The notes under the pieces were generated by a model. That model saw only the letters and a program-made list of their open reading frames with translations. It did no database searches and was not told the origin of the DNA. A stretch of DNA of 64,000 nt. Source: Podarcis liolepis. Its lineage: Eukaryota. The stretch lies in the NCBI GenBank assembly GCA_965112155.1, contig OZ218113.1; one strand, given 5' to 3'. How positions within the stretch are numbered: the first letter of the stretch is position 1; every line of letters begins with the position of its first letter. A program made the translations under genes and the position numbers. Shown in pieces: positions 51,801 to 63,436 of the stretch.

Positions 51801-52797
51801 CAACTCTCAAGTTTCCCTCTTGAAGACCTGAGCATGGTCTCCAAGTCAAAGCCCAGACCTGGAAAATCTAAATATATGTTGACTCCCACAGATTCTTTAT
51901 GAGGCGCAGCATATGAATCATCAACTCATGCGACATAAGACAAGAAGTGAAAACTACATTATCCACACCTTGTGCAGAGAAAGGGCCTCTCCTTCTAAGG
52001 CTACAGAAGTCTTTTGAAGACAAACCATCTCATGCTTTGTCTGGGACTGTCTCTATATATTTTCCCCCTTGCAAAGTGGGCTTCTGAGCCAACTTTTCAT
52101 CACCAAACTGACCTACTTTGCAGCTGAAGCTGGGTGGGGGAGTTGTCTGCCTCTCTTCCAAATCCCCATGCTTGTATTTCCCCCCAAATCATTTGAAAAC
52201 CTGGATCTGGGAAGCAGAATAAACTCTGCATGATTTTGCTCGCCTTGCTTCATTCCTCTAATTGAACAGCTTTGGGGTCCCTGACTCAGAATTTGGGGGA
52301 GAAGCACTGCCAATGTTTACAAAACAAATGCACTCTTCTGATAGCTTATCAGGATATAAGAGCCAGGCTGCTGGATCAGACGAGAAGCCCATCTAGCACA
52401 GCATCCTATTCTTACAGTGGCCAATCAGATTTCTCCAGGAAGCCCATAGGCAGGGCATGGAAGCAAGGGCCCTCTCTCACTGTTACTGACAGGAATAATA
52501 GAATCATAGAAGACAGAGTTGGAAAGGACCCCGTGAGTCATCTAGTGCAACCCTCTGCAAGGTAGGAATCTCAGCTACAGCATACATGACAGATGGCCAT
52601 CCAACTGCTGCTTTAAAAGCCCTGCTGGATCAGGCCAAAGGGCGTCAATCTAGTGCAGCATCCTGTTTCTACAGTCGCCAACCAGCTGCCCCAATGGGAG
52701 GCCTGCAGGGAGGACCTGAGAGCAATGATGTTGTCCCCACTTGTGGATCCCACTAACCAGCATTCAGTGGCATATTACCGTACTTTAAGGAAATAGA

Positions 52798-52818
52798 TTC
52801 AGCACCGAGGACAGAGAG
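52798..52818 (+). promoter_or_regulatory. REST/NRSF RE1 element
   Basis: TTCAGCACCGAGGACAGAGAG versus consensus TTCAGCACCnnGGACAGnGCC. Both half-site cores are intact with the canonical 2-nt spacer. Confidence 0.8.
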
Positions 52819-54356
52819 CTAACACCAAACTTCCCTGTTCTTTGCCTTTGCTCCCTGTTATTTCGGAATCCCTCCACTGCAAAACTCCTCCCCACCGCCA
52901 GCATTTCACAGATGGAACTGGAAACACTGTCCTTGCGCAAGGAATGCTACCCACCCCCTATTTCACTTCCCACTTGAACATGGTACTAGTAAGCTTAACT
53001 ATAATTGCACTCTTAAAAGGAAGCTTTAGAATTGGTTTGTCTTGCCACAGCAACAGAGGGTCTTGTGGCACCTTGGAGACTGACAAATTTACTACAGCAT
53101 CAGCTTCCGAGTACGACTGGTCACTTTTCTTTTGCATTGTCTCAAGAGATTAAGATGGTTGCTTTTCTGGAACCGCTCTTGCAATGCATCTTGAAGGCGG
53201 TCATTCTACAGCAGCTGCAAGTTGAAAATACGCAGCAACATTTACTATCTAGATAGGTGTATGTGCGTGTGTGTGTGTCCCCCCCCCCTTTTAGAGAGGA
53301 GGGGTGATGGGCTGAACCTCAAGAACAGCAACTCCTAATGAAAGGTACTTTCCAGTCCCAAATCTCCCCAAAGGGCCAAACTGAGACATGACTGGGGCAC
53401 TGATTTACCAGGGGCAGGGACCACAGAAGAGGAACTGCCTCAGGTTAGCAGGGACAGTTGGGGCATATGCCAGCAGTGCAGCCCCAAGTTGGGCACCTGG
53501 TCATCTTGCCACTGCTTGCTGAATCTAGGAGCAGCACGGGCTCTGGAACAGGAGGAGCAATGGCAGGGAGGACTCAAATTATTCTGCCGCCCAAGGGAGA
53601 AATTATTCACATCTCCTTTTCAGGGGAGATTTTGTGCTTCCTCTTTGAAGGTTTCCCCCCACTGCTGCCCTTCCCCCTCCTATTCCCTGAACAGTTGAAG
53701 TTGCTCTCCTGTTCAGATCTCCAAAGTATGGGGAATCTCTGACTCTAGGGAGGAGAAAGTGTGGCGCAGCAGTACTTGGAGGAAAACACCTTCATGGAGG
53801 AGGGGCATTTAAAAGAGGCACAAGGGCTCACAATCCACATTAAGCCAAGATGTGGACAGCCCTTAGTTTTCATTGCATGAAGCACCATCAGGGAAACCTG
53901 AGAGAGACTCATCTCATTGCTCAGACCCTGATGTCCCAAGTGTGCATGTGAGTGGGGTGGGGGAAGCCAGGCTTCATTTAGAATAGGGGTTGGGGAACCC
54001 CTGGTCCTTTGCAGGCAACCTTCTAGAAGCAAACATGGGCAGAGCAAGAGATGAGATTCTTGTCTTTTGTGCAGAAGGCTCCATCCCAGTCATGCAAAAA
54101 CCAGAGGTTTCTACACACACTCCTCTACTGTCCATTCAGGCAAGCAAACAACATCACAGCTCGGAAACACATTCCAGCCAGGCAGAAGCACCCAAAAATT
54201 GTATGCAATGGGAACAGCAAGGAGTGTGGTCTAGGGAGAGTTCCAGGGGCCAGACGGAGAGGCCTGGAGGGCCACATTCAGACCCTGTTCCCCACCCCTG
54301 TCTTGGGAGCTTTTCCTGATGATCCTGGAAATTTTGCCCCTCGAATTTTGCTGAGA

Positions 54357-54694
54357 GGTGGTGCTGTGGTCTAAACCACAGAGCCTAGGACTTGCCGATC
54401 AGAAGGTCGGCAGTTTGAATCCCCACGACGGGGTGAGCTCCTGTTGTTTGGTCCCAGCTCCTGCCAACCTAGCAGTTCGAAAGCACATCAAAGTGCAAGT
54501 AGATAAATAGGTACTGCTCCAGCGGGAAGGTAAACGGTGTTTCCGTGTGCTGCACTGGTTCGCCAGAAGCAGCTTAGTCATGCTGGCCACATGACCTGGA
54601 AAAACTGTCTGCGGACCTATAGAGCGAGATGAGCGCGCAACCCCAGAGTCATCCATGACTGGATCTAATGGTCAGGGGTACCTTCACCTTTACC
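54357..54694 (+). mobile_element. Sauria SINE (Squam1)
   Basis: Near-identical to the other two copies, with an accttt tail. Confidence 0.88.
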
Positions 54695-55724
54695 CCGGCC
54701 TGCACTGCCTCTTCGGTTGGGGTTCAGCTGGGGTCTTTAGCATAAAGAGCTCCTCCCATCCGAAGCAAAGGCACTTCGACCTGTGACTCTTGAGCATCAG
54801 CAAACTGTGGACTGTGTTATGAATCATGCAACAGCCTCTGATGTGCAACCCCAGATCGACTCCTGCATTGGATTTACTACACCCACCACCGCTACCCACT
54901 CCAATCCTAGCTAAATGTCCACTGCAAGTACCCCACTGTTTTCAGTAGTGTTTTTCCCCTTCCTAAAACATGCTTGGGACAACAGTTTTAGAAAGAGATA
55001 CAAGGCCTTTTTGCAGGAGGCGGGAGAGGAAAGACCACTTGTTGCAGCCTCTGATCCTGGCGTGATTCCCCGCCCCCAAGTCCTGAGGATGGAGTTTATC
55101 ATCTAAAATTTCACTTCTGTGTGCCTACATCCACTAGCTTAGCCTTCTCCCCACAACCTGTGCTCTCCAGATGCTTTGGACTGCAGCTCCCATCAGCCTC
55201 TTGCAGCACAGCCATGTTGCTCCATGGGGTTGATGGGAGTTGGCTGGGGGTTGATGGGAGTTGTGGTCCAAAATCTCTGGAGGGGGAAAAGCTGATCCGA
55301 ACAGATTTTGGTGGCACCTCAAAGCAGTTCACAAAAAGAATAAGACAATAAAATTAACAGTAAAAACAGTTAAAGACAACTATTTAAACCGTCTAAAAAA
55401 TTAAAAACACTGATAAACTAAAAACAGATTCAAGCATCCTATATTATCTGGGTGGGCTTGTCGAAACAAAACTGTTCTTACAAATGTGGAATTGGTCATC
55501 TGTATCACTGCCAGTTCTGGAGATTGAAGCCGTTGAATGGGCATATAATGGGGAAGGAATTTAGGAATTTGGAATCTAAATCAAGGGGAAGGAGGGACAG
55601 CATTCAAATCCCTGCACTACAAAATATTCTAGGATTTCTTAGTTTTTAATGTGTTCATTATTGTAAGGAAGAACTAACAGTAATTCTAAGATTAAATAAT
55701 TAATTCCACACACGTATTTTTGCG

Positions 55725-55727
<3 letters not shown>

Positions 55728-55759
<32 letters not shown>
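55728..55759. repeat. (CA)n microsatellite
   Basis: Direct reading. Confidence 0.95.
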
Positions 55760-55761
<2 letters not shown>

Positions 55762-56750
55762 ACACCATGGAGAATCATTCCCTCTTCTGCCTATTTTGTG
55801 TGAACTGCTACTCAGTTTAATATTTCTTTTAAAATTAAGAAAACTCACTCCTCTGTTGTATAAGGGTGGCAAGATTCACTGTAAAAGTGCACCATTAATA
55901 ATTATTATTCTTTCCCAGTTCTACTCCACCAAAGCTAAACAATATATTTCCAAATGACTGGGGAAACCAAACTGACCATAATTCCAGGGAATGCAGACGA
56001 CAGCTGGAAGTCCAATATTTCCTTGTAGAAGAGAGTCGGAAGAATGCAGAGGTGATACGAGGTTCCCCATAGGAGCAACTTCTTGGAATAATCCAGGTCA
56101 GCGAGAAAGAAAAGACCAAGGGAGAATTAGAAGAACCTCATAAAAAATTTAGGGACATAGGGAATGGCCTTATACATAGGTCTGACCATCTAGCTTAGTA
56201 TTGTCTACACTGACAGGCAGCACCTGCCTTTTGCATACAAAGCACTGAGCTATGGCCCTTCCTCCACTCTGCTGGCAGGTGCCCAACAGTGCCTTCGTCT
56301 GACGCCAGCCCTGACCGCATGCCTTCCCCTTGCTGACTGGTTCCTCCAGGATCTCCTTGTCTTCTCTTCCTGACATACTTCAACTGTCCCTGAAAAGCAG
56401 AAGCTCCTTCCTTCAGGCTGGTGAAAAGCTGGCAGGAAGGAAGGCTGAGGGTAACTTCTTCCCCTGGTGATGGTTCCAGATGCCACCTCCAAGCAGGTAT
56501 TAGGCTGGGATCATACACCAAGCTAAATGGACCAATGGACCATTTGTCTAAAAAGCATCATCATCATCCACCCATCTGACTGAGTTGCCCCAGCCACTGG
56601 GAGGCTTCCAGCAAAAGATTAATGCATAATAAAGCATCAAATATTTAAAACATCCCTAGACAGGGCTGCCTTCAGGTGTCTTTTAAAAGCTGGCAGATGG
56701 GAGGCTCTTCCTCTCTGCATGTAGATAAATGACAGGATATATATGATATA

Positions 56751-57000
56751 CAGTGGTACCTCGGATGTCGAATGGAATCCGTTCCAGAACTCCGTTCAAC
56801 TTCCAAAACAATTGGAGACCAAGGCGTGGCTTCCGATTGGCTGCAGAAAGCTCCTGCAGCCAATCGGAAGCCACGGAAGCCTCACCGGATGGTCAGGTTC
56901 CAAAGAACGTTCGCAAACCAGAACACTCACTTCCGGGTTTGCGTCATTCGGGAGCCAAAACATTCAACTCGCAAGGCATTCAGGATCCAAGGTACGACTG
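56751..57000. mobile_element. Tigger-like MITE, second family
   Basis: cagtggtacctcggat...atccaaggtacgactg with TA TSD and an internal palindrome ggcttccgattggctgcag/ctgcagccaatcggaagcc. Confidence 0.8.
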
Positions 57001-57129
57001 TATGGTAAAGGGACATATAGATATTCCCCCCTTTTTTCTCTCTCTCCTTACTTTTCTCTCTCTCTTTTTTAATATTCTTGTTCTGTAGAATAATTTGATT
57101 CTTATTGTATTTTATGTATTTTTTAAAAA

Positions 57130-57390
57130 ATCATTTATTTATTTTTTAAAAACTTCCCAATACAGGGGTGCCTTCAGATGTCTTCTAAAGTTGTATAATC
57201 TATCTCCTTGACATCTGATGGGAGGGTGTTCCACAGGGCAGGCGCCACTACTGAGAAGGCCCTCTGCCTGGTTCCCTGTAATTTCACTTCTCGCAGGGAG
57301 GGAACCGCCAGGAGGCCCTCGGAGCTGGACTTCAGTGTCTGGGCTGAACGATGGGTGTGGAAACGCTCCTTCAGGCATACGGGGCCAAGC
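57130..57390 (-). mobile_element. L2 LINE 3' fragment
   Basis: Peptide GTRQRAFSVVAPALWNTLPSDVK is typical of the L2 ORF2 C-terminus. Confidence 0.8.
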
Positions 57391-58371
57391 TGCCTATGAC
57401 AGAAGCACTTTCCCCAATGGGATCTCTGGTCAAAGCCGACTAATGGAGGCAAATCAAGCTAGCTCATTTCTCAACTCCAAAACCTATGGGAGAGAACTGT
57501 GCCGCTGTGGCAATGATCACTAACAGGCCTGCTACCAGAAATGTGCTTCTTGTTGTGGTAGCTAAGGAGAAGAGCCTGAAAAGCAAATACATACTAAACC
57601 CATCATGTTCTATGTTTTAGCATTTACTTACAGTGCAGTCTCATAGAACTGTAGAGTCTAGTTTAACCCCCTGCAATGGAGAAATCACAGCTAAATAATC
57701 TCACACATGTCTATAATGATATTAGATAGGCATGTGCACTGCAAAGTGTTTGGCACTTACTTAAGACTTGGTTCACACAGGCTTTCCATGATGCCTCTCT
57801 CATCACGCATTCGAGTCAATGCGTTATGATGTTTTATTGGCATTTTGTGGATTTTATTCCATGCACCACTTTGGAATTCTCCATGATATGTGGAATCCTA
57901 GTAATTGCTATGCTGTGCTCCCTACAGATGTCCCACCCATTACACCTTTGCAATGTAGCTTCCATGGAACATGAAAAGTCAGCAAAAGGGGTCTGTCAGT
58001 GGGGGAGGAAGCCAGGGAGCTCCCTCCCAGCCCCCGGCCACAGCAGTCTGAAAAGCAACGGCAAAGCAAGATCCAGCCACACAACAGCATCAAACATCAG
58101 GCCTCGTGCGGCCGTTACTCCACAGCTGCATCTAAGCACAGCTACTCCAAGAATGAAAATGAAATGGGTTTGGGAATTCAGAATGCTTACCTCCAGCTTC
58201 TAGCATCCAGAAATGAGACTTTCTCTTTCTTTCTGTTTCCACGTCTTCTATTCACTGCATGAGCATGAAGAGGGCTTTTGTTTCGGTCTCTGTTTTCTTA
58301 GAGATCTTCCCTTTTGCTTTTCTAAAAGTCTTCTCTCTTCTCCTCCTCAGGCGTGTAATGGGGTTATTTTT

Positions 58372-58393
58372 ACTTTCGGTTATCTAGCTTTAT
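58372..58393 (-). ncRNA. miR-9-3p: mature miR-9-3p AUAAAGCUAGAUAACCGAAAGU
   Basis: Plus-strand actttcggttatctagctttat is the exact reverse complement. Confidence 0.97.
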
Positions 58394-58409
58394 GAAGACT
58401 TGACCCCAC

Positions 58410-58432
58410 TCATACAGCTAGATAACCAAAGA
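58410..58432 (-). ncRNA. miR-9-5p: mature miR-9-5p UCUUUGGUUAUCUAGCUGUAUGA
   Basis: Plus-strand tcatacagctagataaccaaaga is the exact reverse complement. Confidence 0.98.
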
Positions 58433-58608
58433 TAACAACCAACCCCGGCTATCTACTTCACCAGCAAGGGCAGCAGCACCAGGAGGAGGAACAGACCTTC
58501 CTTTCTCCTCCAGGTCTTTCTTTCTGGGGTCTCTTGGTTGGGGGAAAAAAAGGAAGGGGATAAATGTATTAACACATAAACCCATCCATTTGCCACCATT
58601 TCATTTTT

Positions 58609-58630
58609 CTCAACCCCAAAGGACAGCGCC
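58609..58630 (+). promoter_or_regulatory. possible non-canonical RE1 (perfect right half-site)
   Basis: ctcaacccc-aaa-GGACAGCGCC, about 160 bp from the hairpin. The left half is degenerate and the spacer is 3 nt. Confidence 0.35.
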
Positions 58631-60203
58631 TCAGAAAATATGAACTACTGTGAGGATGTGTGCTGGATTTTGTCTACAAGGCTGAGGGTTTCTTCTCTTT
58701 CTTTTTTAGCTGAAGTGCTGTGGCCCCGTAAAGATGAACACATTTATTACGGCAAAACCTTTGTAAAACACTGTCCATTGTCAGACGCAAGAAGGGTTCT
58801 CTTGGGTTATATGCAAACATATACCTACATGGTTGGGAGAGGGCATATAAAAAGTGAAGTAGGGGGAAATGAAATGCAAAAAAGATATATAGCTAAATAA
58901 AAATACAATTTAAATAAAATAAAAACTTCAGCACATTAATGCGCTAAAGTTTCCCTCCCAGGAAAATTTAAATTGAGGATCTCATTTAAACTTCTCATTT
59001 AAACTTCTACATTATTTCATGCAGGTTGTATTATAAACACCACGGTTTGGCCTCCTTTCCCCCATTTAAATGTACATCACACATAAGAACACATAGGAAG
59101 GAAGTGCCAAAGGAAATAAAATTAACAGCGCAAACCTAACCATGCCAATGCAGAGGGAAATCCTATTGAATGTACACCCAGGTAAGTGGTGATAGGACTG
59201 CAGTCTGAAGGCATGATCCTACACGTTTCTACTCATGAGTATATTTGCTTTACAACTGTAATGGTTTTGCATGTTTTTACATCTGTATGCTGCAATGTGC
59301 CCTAGAACGTTATGGCAAAGGGTACGAAATCTTCTAGATAAATGAAGTCCCAAGGAGGCCAATGGGATTTGCACCTAGGTCAGTGTGCACAGGATTGCAG
59401 CCTATTTAGCCAAAATGAAAATCGGAGGCGTGTGGATTCTGCTGGTGAAGAACGCGTAGGATCTCATTTTACCCAGCGTAGCCACAAACGTGCAGCATCA
59501 AACATGCCAACAGAATCCAGAGGTTATCTAGCCTAACTACTTTAGCTTTGCAAGATCCATCAACACATCCCCACGGCTACATTTACAAACCCAAAGATCA
59601 TGCCCCATCTTTGACTCTGCCACTGCACAGAGGGGGAAAAGAGCCCAGCAAAAAGAAAAAAGAAAAAAAAGGGGCGAGGGTTGTTTTTTGTTCAATTTGC
59701 TGGCTGCTTTTGCAAAACAACTCTGTGGCTGGTCACACCACTCAGGAAAACGGTTAGGTTAAAAAACAAACAAATCTAGAACTACTCCTCCCTCCAGATG
59801 TATATACCACCCAAATCTCAGCTTTTCAAAATGTTGCCAGGGCTTCAGTCACAATTCCCCCCTCCCAAATAGAAAACCTCCATCTATGAAGCCCCACAGA
59901 AAAGGGTCGGGCCCAAGAGGAAGAAGGTTGTCTCCTTGCCAATATTCCATTTTATCCCCCCCCCGGGTCATTTTACATCCTTCAGATACCAAACAAGTTC
60001 AGTCTTTATCGGGGTGCTTGCTTTTTTTAAAGTGGGAAATTCCCCTCTCTTTAAATTTTAAAAACACTTCTGCTAAGCCGTGCTGCTACTTCCCCGGTTT
60101 CTCAGAGGCACGCACCACTTGCGTTTACTTTTAAAAGGAAGGATGGTGGGGGAAACTTAAATAGCATTGTTGTATACTTGCGTGTTCCACACGGAAGGGC
60201 CGA

Positions 60204-60400
60204 GGGGCCGTAGCTCAGAGGAAGAGCATCTACTTGTATGCAGAAGGTGTCAGGGTCAGGCCAGCCCCCACCCCGCATCTCCAGGTAGGTCTGGGGAAAG
60301 ACACCCCCCGCGCGCCTGAAACCCCTGAGAGCCGCTGCCAGTCAGTGAAGACGGCGCTGAAATGGATGGACCAACGGGATGAGGCAGCAGCTTCCTATCT
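60204..60400 (+). mobile_element. old tRNA-derived SINE (related copies ~19705-19892, 22108-22245, 26940-27090 -, 36500-36625 -, 39405-39560)
   Basis: ggggccgtagctcag head and shared gagagccgctgccagtcagtg...gatggacc...gcagcttcctat body. Confidence 0.65.
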
Positions 60401-61162
60401 CTCTTAAGCTATCCCTCTGTAGGAGACAGTCCCCGTTTCCTGGGGTCCCTATCTCGGGGTGCATGTCTTCAGCCAGCTAGTCTTTACCTACTTCCTGCGG
60501 TTTCTAGAAGCTAAAATCGCAGACCCAGCAGCCTTGATCCTCCTTTCTCAGCGCTGCCTATCCAGGTACGGGAAAGCTCTGCCAGCTCTTTTGAACCAAG
60601 GACCCACAGACCCGGGACTAGAGGAATCCATCGGTTAAATCACGAACCTTGCGCAGGATTCAGGCTAACTCTTGGGAGGAGCGGGATGAAGGCAGAGAAG
60701 CCTTTTCCCGAGCGCGCAAGGGCGGCCCTCTTTTCGCCTGTGAGAGTGCAATCTAATTTATAGTTATATTTATACCATATATTCTCAAGCCCCTCTCCAT
60801 CCTTTGCGGACCCCAGGACGGCGGGGAGGGGAGGCATGAACCATAGCAAAAAGAAATTTTGTTTTTTTTTAATCGTGCAAAAATAGATTTCCAAACAATT
60901 AATAGAGCCTCTGTCAAAACGTTGCAGAGTGTGAAGATCTGGGCAGGAGGGAAGCTCCCTCTTCCTGGCGCTGCAACGGGATCCTCGCCATGCCTGCTCC
61001 CAAGTAAACCGTATCAAATTCAGCGGGGCTATAGGATCACTTTCGCGGCCCAAACGGAGGCAGCCTTAGCTAGAAAATTCGCAGATCCGCCACCGCAAAG
61101 AAATGAAACGAAACGAAACCCGCCACCCGGGTCCCAGCAAGAAACTCGCTTCTTGAACTTAC

Positions 61163-61490
61163 GCGGACGGAGGGAAAGCCGCGCGCAGCCTTCGCTCCGG
61201 TGAAGATGGGCGTCGGATCCCGCTGCGCATGGGGGTCCCAGGCACCACGACCCCCACCCAGACCCCCGCCCTCCTTTTCCTTTCTCCTCCTCCGCCCAGA
61301 AAGGCACGATCCCCCGAAGAGCAAGGCTGGCTGCGGCCGAGCGAGAGCGCGGATTCTGCGCGCCCTGCGGAGCGGGAGAGGGACCCGCGCAGCTCCGGCC
61401 TCTCTGGTGAGCACTTTCCCTGCTGCCCGCAGCTCCTCCGTTGAGAGAAAAAGGCAGGAGGCGGAGGAGCGAACGACCCATTCATTCTTT
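61163..61490 (-). other. predicted non-coding exon 1 (TSS approximate)
   Basis: Minus-strand donor CGC|GTAAGT at 61162, downstream of the CCAAT/CRE. Confidence 0.55.
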
Positions 61491-61519
61491 CACACTCGCG
61501 CCCCACTCGCCCGCTGCCG

Positions 61520-61543
61520 ATTGGCTCCCTGAGGCTGACGTCA
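61520..61543 (-). promoter_or_regulatory. CCAAT box (61520-61524) and full CRE TGACGTCA (61536-61543)
   Basis: ccgATTGGctccctgaggcTGACGTCAccc inside the CpG island, just upstream of the predicted first exon. Confidence 0.7.
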
Positions 61544-62790
61544 CCCGTCCTGATTCTCTCGCCTTCCTCCTCCCCCCCCCGCTCCGCAATCTCTCGCGCT
61601 CTCTCCCTCCGCAGCTGCCCCTCCAGTTCCTCAATGGAGCGAGAGAGGGCCGTAAATATTAGAGTAGAGCGCAGCATCCGAAAGGAAGCGCATTGTCGAG
61701 CGTCTAGGAAAAGAGGAGTCCATTCTTATATACCGTGTCAGACCACAGGGACACCTCGGCTCGGGACTGTGTGTGGACAGCACAGCGAGGCTTTCCTTTG
61801 CTTATTGCATTTCTGTATCGCTTCGTTTTCTCCAACGAGCTCAAGGTAGCACACCTGGTTCTGCCCCACCTCCTCATTTGATCCCCACAACAACCCTGCG
61901 ATGTAGGTTAGGCTGAGAGGGAGTGATTGGCCCAAGGGGCGAGGGTTTGGACCCTAGTCTCCCAGGTCCTAACACTAATCCTAAACACTCTGCCACAAGC
62001 AGCCTTCAGAAAAACCCTTTGCCATCACTGGCTGCCCATTGGCTAGGTTCAATGTGCTGGTTTGGGCGCACAACGCCATATACGGTTTGGGACCCCAGGA
62101 TGCCCGAGAGATCGCCTCACCCCTTCTATACTCTCCTGATCACTGCTCTCCGCCGGTGAGGGCCTCTTGCAGAATCCATCTCACCTAGAGATCTGCTCTC
62201 TGCACGATGTAGGAACCGGGCCTTGGTGGTGGTGGCTTCCTAACCCTTTGAAACTATATTAGACAGGCGCCATCTCCGTTGTATTTCCAGCGCCTCCTGA
62301 AAACTTTCCTCTTTCAACAAGCCGTTTAAATCTAGAGCTTTCTCAATCAGCACTGGAAATTGTTTGGAATATAATGTTGCTTTCCGCCGCCCTGGGCTCC
62401 TAGCGGAGAAAAGGCGGGGTACAGATTCAATGAATTACTTTGAATTGGAGGTCGGACCTGGGGACTTTTCCAGGCAAAGCAGGCGCTCTAGTCCATATGT
62501 TTCTAACCAAAAAGCAAATTTAAATAGGAATCTGCCCTATTCTGCGTCAGACTGTTGGTCCACCTAACGACATTCCTCGTGATGAGAGCCAGCGTGGTGT
62601 AATGCCGGGTTGCTAGGACCTAGCAGACCAGGGTTCAAATCCCCACATGGCCATGAAACCCCTGGGTTTGACCTTTGGCTAGCCCCAGTCTCTCAGCCTA
62701 GCCTACCTCACAGGGATGCTGTGGGGATTAAAGAGAGCGGGGGAACCATGTACTCCACTCCTTGGGACAAAAAGGTGGGGTATAAATGTA

Positions 62791-63217
62791 TGGAAGTGAG
62801 AGCTGGACCATAAAGAAGGCTGATCGCCGAAGAATTGATGCTTTTGAATTATGGTGCTGGAGGAGACTCTTGACTGCAAGACTCTTGACTCATGGACTGC
62901 AAGAAGATCAAACCTCTCCATTCTGAAGGAAATCAGCCCTGAGTGCTCACTGGAAGGACAGATCGTGAAGATGAGGCTCCAATACTTTGGCCATCTCATG
63001 AGAAGACTCCCTGGAAAAGACCCTGATGCTGGGAAAGATGGAGGGCACAAGGAGAAGGGGACGACAGAGGACGAGGTGGTTGGACAGTGTTCTCGAAGCT
63101 ACAAACATGAGCCTGACCAAACTGCGGGAGGCAGTGGAAGACAGGAGTGCCTGGCGTGCTCTGGTCCATGGGGTCACGAAGAGTCGGACACGACTAAACG
63201 ACTACACAACAACAACA
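62791..63217 (+). mobile_element. Bov-B (RTE) LINE 3' fragment
   Basis: Peptides WTARRSNLSILKEISPECSLEG / LGKMEGTRRRGRQRTRWLD, a (CAA)n tail and TSD ATAAATGTA (62782-62790 / 63218-63226). The ORF is frameshifted. Confidence 0.93.
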
Positions 63218-63292
63218 ATAAATGTAAGTAATAAATAAAAGCCCTGCTGTGCCTAAAGGTGGCATATAAATTTAACAAATATATACTTAGCA

Positions 63293-63436
63293 AATCACAG
63301 AATTGTACAGTTGGCAGGGACCACGAGGGTCATCTAATTCCATCCCATGCAATGCAGGACTCTTTTTGCCCAACGTGGGGCTCGAACCAACCACCCTGAG
63401 ATTAAAAGTCTCATACTCTACCGACTGAGCTGCTCC
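63293..63436 (-). mobile_element. tRNA-Lys-derived SINE with CR1-like tail (Squam2-type)
   Basis: Minus-strand agctcagtcggtagagtatgagacttttaatctcaggg...gagccccacgttgggc is fused directly to a CR1 3' end. Confidence 0.75.

Larger units (their letters stand above)
58359..58447 (-). ncRNA. MIR9-1: pre-miRNA hairpin mir-9 (mir-9-1 paralogue)
   Basis: The minus strand reads CGGGGTTGGTTGTTA-TCTTTGGTTATCTAGCTGTATGA-GTGGGGTCAAGTCTTC-ATAAAGCTAGATAACCGAAAGT-AAAAATAACCCCA. Both mature arms are exact. The flanking stem matches human pre-mir-9-1 as I recall it, differing only in the loop. Confidence 0.98.
58191..58532 (-). other. predicted 342-nt exon containing the mir-9 hairpin
   Basis: Minus-strand acceptor tccccttcctttttttcccccaaccaag| and donor GAG|GTAAGC at 58190. 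Confidence 0.45.
27730..61490 (-). ncRNA. predicted spliced non-coding host gene of mir-9-1 (MIR9-1HG-like); exon set incomplete
   Basis: A co-oriented promoter, splice donors and acceptors, and a poly(A) signal on the minus strand bracket the hairpin. No coding exons are recognisable. Confidence 0.6.
60600..61800. promoter_or_regulatory. CpG island / main promoter of the mir-9 host transcript
   Basis: High GC and dense CpG in non-repeat sequence, about 3 kb upstream of the hairpin on the minus strand. Confidence 0.85.

Noticed and set aside
58331-58350. Plus-strand splice acceptor next to the hairpin (antisense transcript)
   Set aside because: Pyrimidine tracts ending in AG are common and there is no supporting plus-strand promoter or exon chain.
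60640-61850. Several ORFs in the CpG island
   Set aside because: GC-driven open frames on both strands with no homology; better explained as promoter and non-coding exon.
63367-63436. tRNA-Lys gene
   Set aside because: The acceptor stem is broken and the sequence is fused to a CR1 tail, so it is a SINE head.
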